A stretch of DNA of 43,243 bases from a virus (lineage: Duplodnaviria; Caudoviricetes): positions 1-43,243 of the IMG/VR virus record IMGVR_UViG_3300032243_001205. One strand, written 5' to 3'. Shown here piece by piece: positions 8,553-18,407 of the stretch. Position 1 is the stretch's first letter, and every line of letters starts with the position of its first letter. Made by a program: the position numbers and the translations under genes. The notes beneath the pieces were generated by a model, which worked only from the letters and a program-made list of their open reading frames with translations, was not told the DNA's origin and made no database searches.

Positions 8553-10139
8553 GTGGCTATTGTACAAATTTCTCAGGTAACAAACCGTAAAGGGTTAAAC
8601 ATTGACTTACCACAACTGGCTGGTGCTGAGTTGGGCTGGTCAACTGACTCACGTCAATTATACATCGGTAACGGTACCTTAGAAGAAGGTGCACCGGTCG
8701 TTGGCAACACTGAAATCTTAACAGAATTCAGCGACATATTAAATTTCACCAACACCTATACTTACAAAGGCCAAGCAGCCGGTTACACAGCACAAACAGG
8801 TGTGACCCCCGGAACACCGGTCACCCTAAGTCTACAATCGTGGTTGGATCAATTTGCATCAGTATTGGATTTTGGCGCAACAGGTGATGGAGTAACTGAT
8901 GATACCGAGGCCATCAATCGTGCCTTGTATCAATTGTACTGCCGCGAAGTCAATCCACAGATCCGTCGTGCCTTATTTTTTCCAGCCGGCATATATCGTG
9001 TAACTGGGTCAATCAATATTCCTCCTTATGCCACCCTATATGGCGAAGGCCTTGACAATTCTGTCATCACTTTGGATGAGGGCATCAATGACTATGTGGC
9101 TCGTACCGCTGACAGTTTACAAAATACAGGTGTAAACATTGGCAATGCCGGTGCGACTCCACCTGAATACATCACAGTCAGCAACATGGGATTCACCAAT
9201 CTCAATACTACTGGCAGTGTTTTCTTGGTTGAAGATGCCACCAACTGTCGTTTTCAAAATGTTGGCTTCCGCGGCGCATCAACCGCCGCTGATTTAGGCA
9301 CAGCAGATAACGCATCGATTGGTGTTAGTTTTGCCAGTACAAATAGTCTTATCTGCAATCAAATCACATTTGATGGTTGCGTATTTTCTGGCCTGGTCTG
9401 GGGAGTCAAGACCGATCAACAAACAACGGCAGTGACTGTGTCTAGTTCGCAGTTCAATACCTTGTTTCAGGGTGTGGTACTTGGCATAGATACAGTGACC
9501 AATGGTGGACCAACTGGCACCAGGATTGTAGGCAACATGTTCAACGCAGTCTACGCCGAAGGTATTGTGTTTGGTTCTTATCTTGTGCTGGGTATCAATG
9601 CCAGCGGTCACAATATCTTTTATGACGTGGGCAATGGATTTTCTGGATCAACAGGAACTCCCTCTAGCAGCATAATCAGTATCCAATCCAACAACAATGT
9701 CAGCATCAGTGATCTGTTTGAAAGAACCGATGATTTTGCAACTACATATCCCAGGGTCAATCTTAACAACACTGTTAGTATAGCCACTACCAATGGCTCA
9801 CAATTATCCATGGGTAGCTACACACGCCTCGGTGGATCAAGTTTTGCATTGGCCAACAACAGCACAGGCACAATCTTAACATTTAGTACTGACACGGCCA
9901 AGGCTTTCAAGGTTGATTATACCATAATAAGAGATGTGAGCTATCGTACAGGAACAATTTTTGTTGCTTCGAACACTGGATCCGGAGCACCAACTTTTAA
10001 CGATGTGGATGTAGAAAATAGCGACACTGGTATTACATTGACTTTTAATCAAACTGGCACAAATTGTTATTTGGAATATACATCTAGCAATACCGGAGTT
10101 TCTGGTACCATTTATTACTCTGTCACATATCTAGCTTGA
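8553..10139 (+). CDS. Tail fibre/spike-like protein: Mtd N-terminal-like domain plus pectate-lyase-3 beta-helix
   Basis: LAGAELGWSTDSRQLYIG; SVLDFGATGDGVTDDTEAINRA; LFFPAGIY; GTG start; TAAATA at 8521-8526. Confidence 0.75.
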   Translation: MAIVQISQVTNRKGLNIDLPQLAGAELGWSTDSRQLYIGNGTLEEGAPVVGNTEILTEFSDILNFTNTYTYKGQAAGYTAQTGVTPGTPVTLSLQSWLDQFASVLDFGATGDGVTDDTEAINRALYQLYCREVNPQIRRALFFPAGIYRVTGSINIPPYATLYGEGLDNSVITLDEGINDYVARTADSLQNTGVNIGNAGATPPEYITVSNMGFTNLNTTGSVFLVEDATNCRFQNVGFRGASTAADLGTADNASIGVSFASTNSLICNQITFDGCVFSGLVWGVKTDQQTTAVTVSSSQFNTLFQGVVLGIDTVTNGGPTGTRIVGNMFNAVYAEGIVFGSYLVLGINASGHNIFYDVGNGFSGSTGTPSSSIISIQSNNNVSISDLFERTDDFATTYPRVNLNNTVSIATTNGSQLSMGSYTRLGGSSFALANNSTGTILTFSTDTAKAFKVDYTIIRDVSYRTGTIFVASNTGSGAPTFNDVDVENSDTGITLTFNQTGTNCYLEYTSSNTGVSGTIYYSVTYLA

Positions 10140-10552
10140 TCTGGCCTGCTACATTTGCCGCCCGGCTGGAAAGCTGGAACCAATTACGAGATCAAGTTCA
10201 AAATCTATCCGTAGAATCAGCCTTGGAAGACATCAATGCCTGGTGGTTTCGAACCCCATGGTGCCCGTATTACCTGCACTGGGATGATCAAGCAACTTGG
10301 CCAGATCCTTGGCAACTTTTGAGCGATAATGTCTATTGTGACCTTGCAAGAGGGTTGGGAATAGTGTATACTATAAGTATGTTGGATCGTGCGGATATGG
10401 CCCCTACAGACTTGATTTTGACTGAAACTGGTGTTAATTTAGTCCGGGTCGCAAAAGAAAAATATATACTTAATTGGATGCCCGATACCGTCGTAAATAC
10501 CTTCCAAGAAGTAAAAATCCGTCGGCAGTACAAGCAAGACCCAATTATCTAA
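10136..10552 (+). CDS. Hypothetical protein (138 aa, WPDPWQLL...YC motif)
   Basis: TTGA-coupled ORF filling the gap to nrdA. Confidence 0.7.
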   Translation: MIWPATFAARLESWNQLRDQVQNLSVESALEDINAWWFRTPWCPYYLHWDDQATWPDPWQLLSDNVYCDLARGLGIVYTISMLDRADMAPTDLILTETGVNLVRVAKEKYILNWMPDTVVNTFQEVKIRRQYKQDPII

Positions 10553-10588
10553 GCAGTAAATAGTACAAATTAAACGAACGAGAGCAGG

Positions 10589-12907
10589 ATGACGCAAATT
10601 ACAGTTGTAAAAAGAAGCGGTGTAAGAGAGCCACTACAGATTGACAAGTGGCAGGCACAGGTTGCCAAGGTCTGTCAAGGCATTGCTGATGTTAGTCAGT
10701 CAATGATCGAAATCAAAGCACAGTTGCACTTTTATGATGGTATCACCACGCAAGAAATTGACGGTATCACCTTACGAGCCATCGTAGACCTTATTGACAT
10801 AGAATCAAACCCTGATGTTGGTCACACCAACTATCAATATGTGGCAGGCAAGCAACGCTTGAGTATGTTGCGCAAGGATGTCTACGGTGACTACGAAGTT
10901 CCGCACCTGTATGAAATTGTAAAGAAAAATGTTGCAACCGGCCTATATACCAGTGAACTTCTCGAGTGGTACAGTCAAGAAGACTGGAACCGTATGAACG
11001 ACATGTTGGATCATGACAAGGATGAGTTATACAGCTATGCCGCGATTGAACAACTAATTGAAAAGTATCTGGTGCGCAATCGCGCCACAAAGGAAATATA
11101 TGAAACTCCCCAAATTCGTTACATCGTTGCTGCCGCTACTGTGTTCCATCGAGAAGAACCCAATGCAGCCCGTATGCGTTACATCAAAGAGTATTATAAT
11201 GCTGCTAGTGATGGCCTGTTTACTCTTGCGACTCCTGTTTTGGCTGGACTGGGAACACCAACAAAACAATTTAGTTCTTGTGTGCTTATACGTAGCGACG
11301 ATAATCTTGATAGTATTTTTGCCAGTGGAGAAATGATGGCCAAGTATGCCGCAAAACGTGCCGGCATAGGTCTTGAAATTGGTCGCTTGCGTCCCTTGGG
11401 TGCGCCTATCCGCGGTGGCGAAGTCATGCATACCGGAATGATTCCATTCTTAAAGAAGTGGTTTGGTGACCTACGTAGTTGTAGTCAAGGTGGTATCCGC
11501 AATGCCAGTGCCACTGTATTTTATCCTATTTGGCACTATCAGTTTGATGATCTTATTGTGCTCAAGAACAATCAAGGAACTGAAGAAACACGAGTGCGTT
11601 TCATGGACTATGGTGTAGTGCTCAACAGTTTCTTCTGGCGTCGTTTCAAGAATCGTGAATCAATCACTTTCTTTGACCCCAACGAAGTGCCTGATCTGTA
11701 TGAAGCGTTTTATAACGATACAGCTCGATTTGAACAACTATATGTCAAGTATGAGAAGCGAAAAGATTTGAGAACCAAGACCATGGCCGCTGAAGATGTG
11801 TTCAAGGGTGGCATCCTAAAGGAACGCACCGACACTGGTCGCATCTACTTGGTGTTCATTGACAATGTGATGAATCAAGGACCATTTGATCCCAAAGCAC
11901 ATACCATTTATCAAAGTAATTTGTGTTGTGAGATTTTATTGCCTACCAAGAGTTTTGCTCGACTCGATGACCCCGAAGGTCGTATTGCTCTATGCACACT
12001 GGGTTCAATCAACTGGGGAGCATTCCGTAATCCTGAAGACATGCGTCGAGCTTGCCGTATCCTACAGCGCAGCCTATGCAACATACTGGATTACCAAGAC
12101 TTCCTGAGCGTTCAAAGTCAGTTGAGTAACGAAGAAATCAGCCCCTTGGGTATCGGTATTACCAACTTGGCCTACTGGCATGCCAAACGCGGTCTACAAT
12201 ATGGTGAGAAGGATGCCTTACAAGAAGTCAAATCATGGATGGAACATCAAGCATTCTACTTGACAGAAGCCACTGTGGAATTGGCTCGGGAACGCGGTGC
12301 CTGTAAGGACAGCAGTAAAACAAGATACGGCCAGGGCGTCTTTCCGTGGGAACTCCGTGCCGCAGCGGTGAACGAATTGGCCAACTTTGAGCCCGAGCTC
12401 GATTGGGAAACCCTGCGCATGAACATGCAGGCCTATGGTGTGCGCAACGCTACCTTGATGGCAGTGGCACCGGTTGAGAGTAGTAGCGTGGTTATCAATA
12501 GTACCAACGGTATTGAAATGCCCATGAGCCTGATCACTGTTAAAGAATCCAAGGCTGGCAGTTTGATTCAGGTAGCTCCTGAGTATAATAAACTAAAGAA
12601 CAAATATCAACTCATGTGGGAACAAAAAGACTGTGACGGCTATATCAAGACAGCCAGTGTGATTGCTGCTTATGTAGATCAAAGCATAAGTACTAACACT
12701 TTTTACAATCCAGCACACTTTGCCGATCGTAAAGTTCCAACTACCCTAATTGCCAAGAACTTGATGCAGGCACATCGTTGGGGCTTGAAAACATTCTACT
12801 ACAGCCTGATCAACAAACAAGGTTCAAAAGGACAAGACGAACCAGAAGCAAAATTAGAAGCGGTAGACTTTGACGACCAAGAAGATTGCGAAGCTTGTAA
12901 ATTATAA
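10589..12907 (+). CDS. nrdA: Ribonucleotide reductase class Ia alpha subunit with ATP cone
   Basis: VVKRSG ATP cone, QFSSCVL, SCSQGGIR, QSNLCCEI, KTFYY, C-terminal CEAC; TAAATA at 10557-10562. Confidence 0.97.
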   Translation: MTQITVVKRSGVREPLQIDKWQAQVAKVCQGIADVSQSMIEIKAQLHFYDGITTQEIDGITLRAIVDLIDIESNPDVGHTNYQYVAGKQRLSMLRKDVYGDYEVPHLYEIVKKNVATGLYTSELLEWYSQEDWNRMNDMLDHDKDELYSYAAIEQLIEKYLVRNRATKEIYETPQIRYIVAAATVFHREEPNAARMRYIKEYYNAASDGLFTLATPVLAGLGTPTKQFSSCVLIRSDDNLDSIFASGEMMAKYAAKRAGIGLEIGRLRPLGAPIRGGEVMHTGMIPFLKKWFGDLRSCSQGGIRNASATVFYPIWHYQFDDLIVLKNNQGTEETRVRFMDYGVVLNSFFWRRFKNRESITFFDPNEVPDLYEAFYNDTARFEQLYVKYEKRKDLRTKTMAAEDVFKGGILKERTDTGRIYLVFIDNVMNQGPFDPKAHTIYQSNLCCEILLPTKSFARLDDPEGRIALCTLGSINWGAFRNPEDMRRACRILQRSLCNILDYQDFLSVQSQLSNEEISPLGIGITNLAYWHAKRGLQYGEKDALQEVKSWMEHQAFYLTEATVELARERGACKDSSKTRYGQGVFPWELRAAAVNELANFEPELDWETLRMNMQAYGVRNATLMAVAPVESSSVVINSTNGIEMPMSLITVKESKAGSLIQVAPEYNKLKNKYQLMWEQKDCDGYIKTASVIAAYVDQSISTNTFYNPAHFADRKVPTTLIAKNLMQAHRWGLKTFYYSLINKQGSKGQDEPEAKLEAVDFDDQEDCEACKL

Positions 12908-12916
12908 AGGAAAAAT

Positions 12917-13282
12917 ATGAAACTCAAATTACTTATTGTGCTGGCTTTTTTAATCCCGGCATTTGGATTTGCACAGAGCACACAAAACAACGGTAAGGCC
13001 GCTGTAAAAGACAATGGCAATACCAGCCTCAGAGGCTCGTATGGCAACACTGATCTACAAGGTTCTTATGGCAACACTGATATCAAGGGATCTTATGGCA
13101 ACACTGATCTACAAGGCTCTTATGGCAACACCGATATCAAGGGCTCATATGGCAATACCAATCTACAAGGATCTTACGGCAATACTACTAATACCGTTAG
13201 TGTTGGCGGTAATGGAAGCAACGGCAATGCACCAACAAAAATAATAATCAATCTTACTATAGAGATGCCGGCTACCAAATAA
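12917..13282 (+). CDS. Secreted protein with 9-aa GSYGNT(D/N)(L/I)(Q/K) tandem repeats
   Basis: AAGGA RBS; signal peptide MKLKLLIVLAFLIPAFGFA; five full and one partial repeat. Confidence 0.8.
   Translation: MKLKLLIVLAFLIPAFGFAQSTQNNGKAAVKDNGNTSLRGSYGNTDLQGSYGNTDIKGSYGNTDLQGSYGNTDIKGSYGNTNLQGSYGNTTNTVSVGGNGSNGNAPTKIIINLTIEMPATK
13034..13186 (+). repeat. 27-bp coding tandem repeat (about 5.7 units) with 54-bp higher-order alternation
   Basis: Units start 13034, 13061, 13088, 13115, 13142, 13169; endings alternate CTACAA/ATCAAG. Confidence 0.92.
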
Positions 13283-13299
13283 AATTAAAGGAAAACAAA

Positions 13300-14379
13300 A
13301 TGATTAAAAATATATTATTAGCAGTTGTGTTTGGCATCACGTTAGCTGGCAGTGCTGTAGCCGAAGATGCACCAACCACATTGTTAAGCTCAGGAACCAT
13401 AAGTCCTTACCAGGCTCAACGCAACGGACTGTTCATGGCTGCAGATTTTCTTGCGGCAGTTCCTGGCAACACACGATTTGAAATAAGCACACAGCCCTGG
13501 ATGGATACCTCAAACAACACCGTGGTTATTAAAAAGATGCCATATGTGAGTGGTACCAAATATGCCAAAGACTATGCCAAAGAAGGCAGTGTGTTTGCTG
13601 TAACCCAAGATGCCCAGTATCGTTATTTTGTAGGCAACGGATTACCAAACACTGCCATGGGCGACTTTCCTGTGCAACCAGGCACTCCTGCCTACAAGTT
13701 TTACCAAGAAGCTCCAGGCGGCCATGACTTTAGAACAGGTATTCCCGGTCATGACTATTCAAGTGCCGCGGCCATTGGTATCAGTCCTTATGAGTTGAAT
13801 ATTCAACTACCTAAAATTCCCAAGCTAAGTGCCAAGCCTAACCCTATCGCGGCATTGCCAATTGGTGTCACGATTACAGGTACAGTGTGGCACGCTGAGA
13901 TTGCAAACGCCAGTGCCACAGCATGGTATCCACCAGCTTCAATCTTGCCGATTGACCAGTGCTGGGGACATCCGTATGCTCAACAATATCATCTGCATGG
14001 GTATAGCTGGAAGTGTTTTCCTAATCAAGGAACCGAAGGCCACTCACCCCTGTTTGGCTATGCCTTGGATGGATTTGGTGTCTATGGTCCCAGAGGCGAT
14101 GACGGCAAAATGGTCACTAATGCTCAACTGGATGAATGTCATGGACACACCCATCCCGTGATGTGGGATGGTAAGATGCAGAATATCTATCACTATCACT
14201 TGAACCGTGAATTTCCATATGCTATTGGTTGTTTTAGAGGCGAAGTCAACTATGACCAAGCCCTGGGGTCGGCCGACATGCAGGCACACAAAAAACCTCA
14301 TGGCGCACCCAGCAAGGATGACCATATGAATCATGGGCCAAAAGGCATTATTGCAATTCCAATTGGGTCTTTCCAGTAA
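13300..14379 (+). CDS. Secreted YHYH-domain protein
   Basis: Signal peptide; DQCWGH, YHLH, GYALDGFGVYG, LDECHGH, YHYH, FPYAIGCFRG. Confidence 0.85.
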   Translation: MIKNILLAVVFGITLAGSAVAEDAPTTLLSSGTISPYQAQRNGLFMAADFLAAVPGNTRFEISTQPWMDTSNNTVVIKKMPYVSGTKYAKDYAKEGSVFAVTQDAQYRYFVGNGLPNTAMGDFPVQPGTPAYKFYQEAPGGHDFRTGIPGHDYSSAAAIGISPYELNIQLPKIPKLSAKPNPIAALPIGVTITGTVWHAEIANASATAWYPPASILPIDQCWGHPYAQQYHLHGYSWKCFPNQGTEGHSPLFGYALDGFGVYGPRGDDGKMVTNAQLDECHGHTHPVMWDGKMQNIYHYHLNREFPYAIGCFRGEVNYDQALGSADMQAHKKPHGAPSKDDHMNHGPKGIIAIPIGSFQ

Positions 14380-14392
14380 TGTTAGATACTGT

Positions 14393-15508
14393 ATGACCTA
14401 TACTAAACTAAAAGAATTTTCAGTGGTCTACACTGATCGCAGTCTCAATCACATGAGCGATGAATTTGTCGCGGTCATGCAAGATGTCAGTCGAGTGTTA
14501 AAGACTGTTTACCATGCTGCCAGTGCTGTGATCGTTCCAGGGTCGGGCACCTTTGGCATGGAAGCAGTGGCCCGCCAGTTTGCCAACGATGCTCGAGTGT
14601 TAATCATACGCAACGGCTGGTTCAGCTACAGATGGACTGAAATATTTGACATGGGCGCCATCACAGATGATGTCACAGTCTTGACCGGCCAGGCAGTGGC
14701 AGATCAATATCAAGCACAGTATCAGCCACCAGCCATTGAGGATGTAGTGGCCTGGATTAAAACCAATAGACCCGGCATAGTGTTTGCTCCGCATGTGGAA
14801 ACTTCAGCCGGCATGATCCTGCCCGACGATTACCTGACTCAAATTGGTTCAGCATGTAAGTCCGTGGATGCTCTATTTGTGTTGGACTGTATCGCTTCGG
14901 GTGCGGCCTGGGTTGACATGGCGGCCTCGGGTGTCGATGTGCTAATCACTGCTCCACAAAAGGGTTGGACTAGTACACCTTGCTGTGCCCTTGTGGCCAT
15001 GAGTGCTCGAGCTCGTAAGGCAATCGACACCACGGTCAGTACCACCTACAGCATGGATCTGAAAAAATGGCTCAGCATCATGGAAACTTACGAGTCGGGT
15101 CGGTTCATATATCATACTACCATGGCCACTGACAGTATCCGGGAACTGCGTGACACCATGCTGGAAACAGAACAACTAGGATTCGATCATCTAAAACAAC
15201 AACAGTATGCATTAGGACAGCAGATACATGAACTATTAGAATCATACGGCTATCCGCGTGTGGCCGCTGAAGGATTCCGTGCGCCGGGCGTGGTAGTGTG
15301 CTATACTGAAGATGATGCCATAAAAGATGCCACAGCCTTCCGCCAAATTGGTTATCAGACTGCCACAGGAATCGCGCTCAAAGTAGGCGAGCGGGCAGAC
15401 TACAAGACCTTCCGCATTGGCCTGTTTGGATTAGACAAGTTAAATAACATACCTGCGACTGTCGACAGTTTACGACAGGCCTTAGAACAAATAAGACAAG
15501 GAAAATAA
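14393..15508 (+). CDS. PLP-dependent class V aminotransferase (alanine-glyoxylate/serine-pyruvate type)
   Basis: EFSVVYTDRSLNHMS, PGSGTFGMEAV, HVETSAG, LDCIAS, TAPQKG (PLP Lys), FRIGLFG; start moved to ATG 14393 past previous stop. Confidence 0.9.
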   Translation: MTYTKLKEFSVVYTDRSLNHMSDEFVAVMQDVSRVLKTVYHAASAVIVPGSGTFGMEAVARQFANDARVLIIRNGWFSYRWTEIFDMGAITDDVTVLTGQAVADQYQAQYQPPAIEDVVAWIKTNRPGIVFAPHVETSAGMILPDDYLTQIGSACKSVDALFVLDCIASGAAWVDMAASGVDVLITAPQKGWTSTPCCALVAMSARARKAIDTTVSTTYSMDLKKWLSIMETYESGRFIYHTTMATDSIRELRDTMLETEQLGFDHLKQQQYALGQQIHELLESYGYPRVAAEGFRAPGVVVCYTEDDAIKDATAFRQIGYQTATGIALKVGERADYKTFRIGLFGLDKLNNIPATVDSLRQALEQIRQGK

Positions 15509-15509
15509 T

Positions 15510-16610
15510 ATGAGCCAAGCACAATATAACTTAAAGACACGAACAGATTATCTCAACCGTAAAATGTTTCTGGATCCTGCGGGTCCTGTGACTATTCAAC
15601 GCTTTGAAGAAGTCAAGTACAACAAGATTGTCAAGTTTGAACAGGAAGCCCGCGGCTTCTTTTGGGTGCCAGAAGAGATCAGTCTTACCAAGGATGCCAA
15701 CGACTTCAAAGAAGCCACCGACACTGTGCGTCATATCTTCACCAGTAACTTGCTAAGACAAACTGCTCTTGATAGTTTACAAGGTCGTGGCCCTACACAG
15801 GTATTCACACCAGTGGTATCGATTCCAGAATTGGAAGCCTTAATGTACAACTGGGGCTTCTTCGAAACCAATATCCACAGTCGAAGTTACAGTCACATCA
15901 TCCGTAACATCTACAATGTGCCCAAGGAGGTGTTCAACACCATCCACAACACTGAAGAAATCGTCGGCATGGCCAGTTCAATCGGTCTCTACTATGATCG
16001 CCTGCACATGATCAACTGCCGCAAGGAACTGTTGGAACCGTTTGACGAATATGAACACATCAAGGCCATCTGGTTGGCCTTGAATGCCAGCTACGGTCTT
16101 GAAGCCTTCCGCTTCATGGTATCCTTTGCCACCAGCTTGGCCATGGTTGAGAATCGTATCTTCATTGGTAATGGCAATATCATCAGCTTGATCCTGCAAG
16201 ATGAGATCCTGCACAAGGACTGGACTGCTTGGATTATCAATCAAGTGGTCAAAGAAGATCCACGATTTGCTCGTGCCAAGAAAGAATGTGAAGCTGAAGT
16301 CTACAACATGTATCTAGATGTGATCCGTGAGGAAAAGCAATGGGCTGACTACCTGTTCCAAAAAGGACCTGTTATCGGTCTTAACGCCAACATCCTCAAA
16401 GACTTTGTGGACTATACCGCAGTGGGTGCTCTCAAAGAAATTGGAGTTAAATATCAAACTCCGGCTCCTAAATCTACACCTATTCCTTGGTTTATGAAAC
16501 ATGTAAATACCAGCAACAAACAAACAGCCTTACAGGAATCAGAAAGTACGAATTATGTAATAGGTGTGATGAGCGATACACTTGATTACGACGCATTACC
16601 CTCATTATAA
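15510..16610 (+). CDS. nrdB: Ribonucleotide reductase class Ia beta subunit
   Basis: FFWVPEEI, LDSLQGR, ETNIHSRSY, EAFRF, DEILH, ALQESESTNY. Confidence 0.96.
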   Translation: MSQAQYNLKTRTDYLNRKMFLDPAGPVTIQRFEEVKYNKIVKFEQEARGFFWVPEEISLTKDANDFKEATDTVRHIFTSNLLRQTALDSLQGRGPTQVFTPVVSIPELEALMYNWGFFETNIHSRSYSHIIRNIYNVPKEVFNTIHNTEEIVGMASSIGLYYDRLHMINCRKELLEPFDEYEHIKAIWLALNASYGLEAFRFMVSFATSLAMVENRIFIGNGNIISLILQDEILHKDWTAWIINQVVKEDPRFARAKKECEAEVYNMYLDVIREEKQWADYLFQKGPVIGLNANILKDFVDYTAVGALKEIGVKYQTPAPKSTPIPWFMKHVNTSNKQTALQESESTNYVIGVMSDTLDYDALPSL

Positions 16611-16630
16611 TAACAACAAGGAGAACTACA

Positions 16631-16855
16631 ATGAAAGCCATCGTATGGAGTAAAAATCAGTGTCCATTTTGTGTTCAAGCAAAAGCACTATTAGAGTCAC
16701 GAGGTATTGATTACGAAGAACGCAACGTACAAACGGATTGGACAAAGGAACAGTTGTTAGCGGCAGTGCCTACCGCAAGAACATTGCCACAGATCTTCTT
16801 AGACGATAACTACATTGGCGGATTTACAGAGTTACGAAAACATTTACAAGGATAA
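16631..16855 (+). CDS. Glutaredoxin
   Basis: CPFC active site, TLPQIF, YIGGF; AGGAG RBS; follows nrdB. Confidence 0.93.
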   Translation: MKAIVWSKNQCPFCVQAKALLESRGIDYEERNVQTDWTKEQLLAAVPTARTLPQIFLDDNYIGGFTELRKHLQG

Positions 16856-16856
16856 T

Positions 16857-17159
16857 ATGCAAGTAGAAAAAGATCGGGTTTACACATTCAAATTAACCAA
16901 CGCAGACGAAATCGTCGGTAAAGTAGTAGATATTACCACAGATGCCTATGTTATCGCACAGCCGTTAAGTGCTGTGCCCACAGAAAAAGGCATACAATTA
17001 ATTTACACAGTGTTCACTGGTGATCCCAAGGAAAATGCCGCTATAAATAAAACAGCAGTAGCAATGATTTGCCAAACTCGCGAAGAAGTTGGTGATCATT
17101 ACTTAGAGGCCACAACCGGTATTAAACCAGTTCGTAAGCCATCGATCATAATGGGATAA
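16857..17159 (+). CDS. Hypothetical protein, possibly Sm-like fold
   Basis: Start at ATG 16857; TFKLTNADEIVGKV pattern. Confidence 0.65.
   Translation: MQVEKDRVYTFKLTNADEIVGKVVDITTDAYVIAQPLSAVPTEKGIQLIYTVFTGDPKENAAINKTAVAMICQTREEVGDHYLEATTGIKPVRKPSIIMG
17042..17049 (+). promoter_or_regulatory. Perfect late promoter TATAAATA upstream of PAAR gene
   Basis: Exact consensus inside preceding ORF, 115 nt before PAAR start. Confidence 0.6.
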
Positions 17160-17163
17160 TGCA

Positions 17164-17448
17164 ATGCCAGCAGTACAACGAGTGGGTGATCAAGACAGTG
17201 CCGGTGGAAAAATCACGCAAGGTGATTCGTCAGTGCTGGTCAACGGACAAGCTATTGCCATACCTAATCAACCAGTTACTTCACATCCTCCCTATGGTCG
17301 TGGCACCGAACCACATCATCATGCCCATACACAATCGTCAAAAAATACCACAGTACTAGTCAATGGTAAACCTGTGTTGGTTGATGGTGATACTGATTCT
17401 TGCGGACATGTGCGTGTAAATGGCAGTCCAGATGTTACGATAGGTTAA
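17164..17448 (+). CDS. PAAR-domain spike-tip protein (T4 gp5.4-like)
   Basis: PAVQRVGD, VLVNG x2, GDTDSCGH, GSPDVTIG. Confidence 0.9.
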   Translation: MPAVQRVGDQDSAGGKITQGDSSVLVNGQAIAIPNQPVTSHPPYGRGTEPHHHAHTQSSKNTTVLVNGKPVLVDGDTDSCGHVRVNGSPDVTIG

Positions 17449-17450
17449 TC

Positions 17451-18407
17451 GTGGCCACCGGATCATTAACTGCACTACAACTAGATTCTGCTGCAGGACT
17501 GCTACAGAATCAAGGTATTGGGATTAATGCCAATCTTATCACGGCTATTTCTGCTTACGAAAATACCGCATTAATATCTCCATTTCTAAACACCATCACA
17601 GTGGGATCCGCCGGAAACATATTGTCGGCCAATGTTGTTGCCTCGGTTGAAACCTTGGCGGCCAACACCTGTGCCAGTTTGAGCAATAGCGTACCCACAG
17701 AATACAGCAGTCTGGGCAATCAAATGACCCCGGTAATTCAGCATCAGGCCACAGTGGATATCTGTGGTGGAAGTGTTAGTAAACTGACACAGGCAGTGAA
17801 TCAAGCACAAGGCTATACCAGTCAGACCAGCACATTTGTCAACAGTGCAGTAAACTCACAGACTTATCTTGCTGATACATTTACCACGATGAACAGCATG
17901 ATCACTGGTGGCATTACCAATGTAAATTTGGCTACCACGGCATTTGGTACTGATTTGACCAATCTCGGTCGACTGATCAATCTTAGAGACCTTGGTAACT
18001 TTGGCAGTCCATTGGCCTTGGTGCAACAGTTGTATGCCTTGAGTGGTACTATACCTGCACTATCAGTGGCATTTGTTGCCGCAGGAGTGTCACGAGATGT
18101 GGTGTTAAATTTGACTAATCCAACGGCGTCGGTAGTTGACAGTGCTCAACATCTCATGTATCAGGCCATGACAACAATCACCGGCAATGATCTAAATCAG
18201 ATATTAACGATCTTAGGAGTGACCACTGTAGGTATCGAAACCATGGCTGACCTGTTGAATCCGTTGAAACTATTTCCCAACAGTTATCAAAGTCTAACTG
18301 CGCCGACCAAATACGGCCCAGTGGCCGTCTACATCAACTCATCTGGATCAGTTAACACCGGCTTGATCAGACAGTTGCCACCTTATGTAGTGAGTAGCTT
18401 GGTATGA
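17451..18407 (+). CDS. Hypothetical, probably structural (tail/baseplate) protein
   Basis: GTG start after PAAR stop; Thr/Ser/Asn/Ala-rich, few charges. Confidence 0.65.
   Translation: MATGSLTALQLDSAAGLLQNQGIGINANLITAISAYENTALISPFLNTITVGSAGNILSANVVASVETLAANTCASLSNSVPTEYSSLGNQMTPVIQHQATVDICGGSVSKLTQAVNQAQGYTSQTSTFVNSAVNSQTYLADTFTTMNSMITGGITNVNLATTAFGTDLTNLGRLINLRDLGNFGSPLALVQQLYALSGTIPALSVAFVAAGVSRDVVLNLTNPTASVVDSAQHLMYQAMTTITGNDLNQILTILGVTTVGIETMADLLNPLKLFPNSYQSLTAPTKYGPVAVYINSSGSVNTGLIRQLPPYVVSSLV

Noticed and set aside
8553-10139. Diversity-generating retroelement target
   Set aside because: Only the Mtd N-terminal-like motif is present; no reverse transcriptase or TR/VR repeat pair seen in the window
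13034-13186. 27-bp repeats as a CRISPR array
   Set aside because: Units are contiguous with no spacers, in frame and vary at synonymous positions; no cas operon
14393-15508. IscS/NifS cysteine desulfurase completing the Isc set
   Set aside because: Same fold class, but lacks the SSGSAC/RxGHHCA catalytic Cys loop and the S.HK signature; motifs fit AGT/SPT aminotransferases
10589-16610. Introns or inteins in nrdA/nrdB
   Set aside because: Both ORFs are uninterrupted and of ordinary length (772 and 366 aa)
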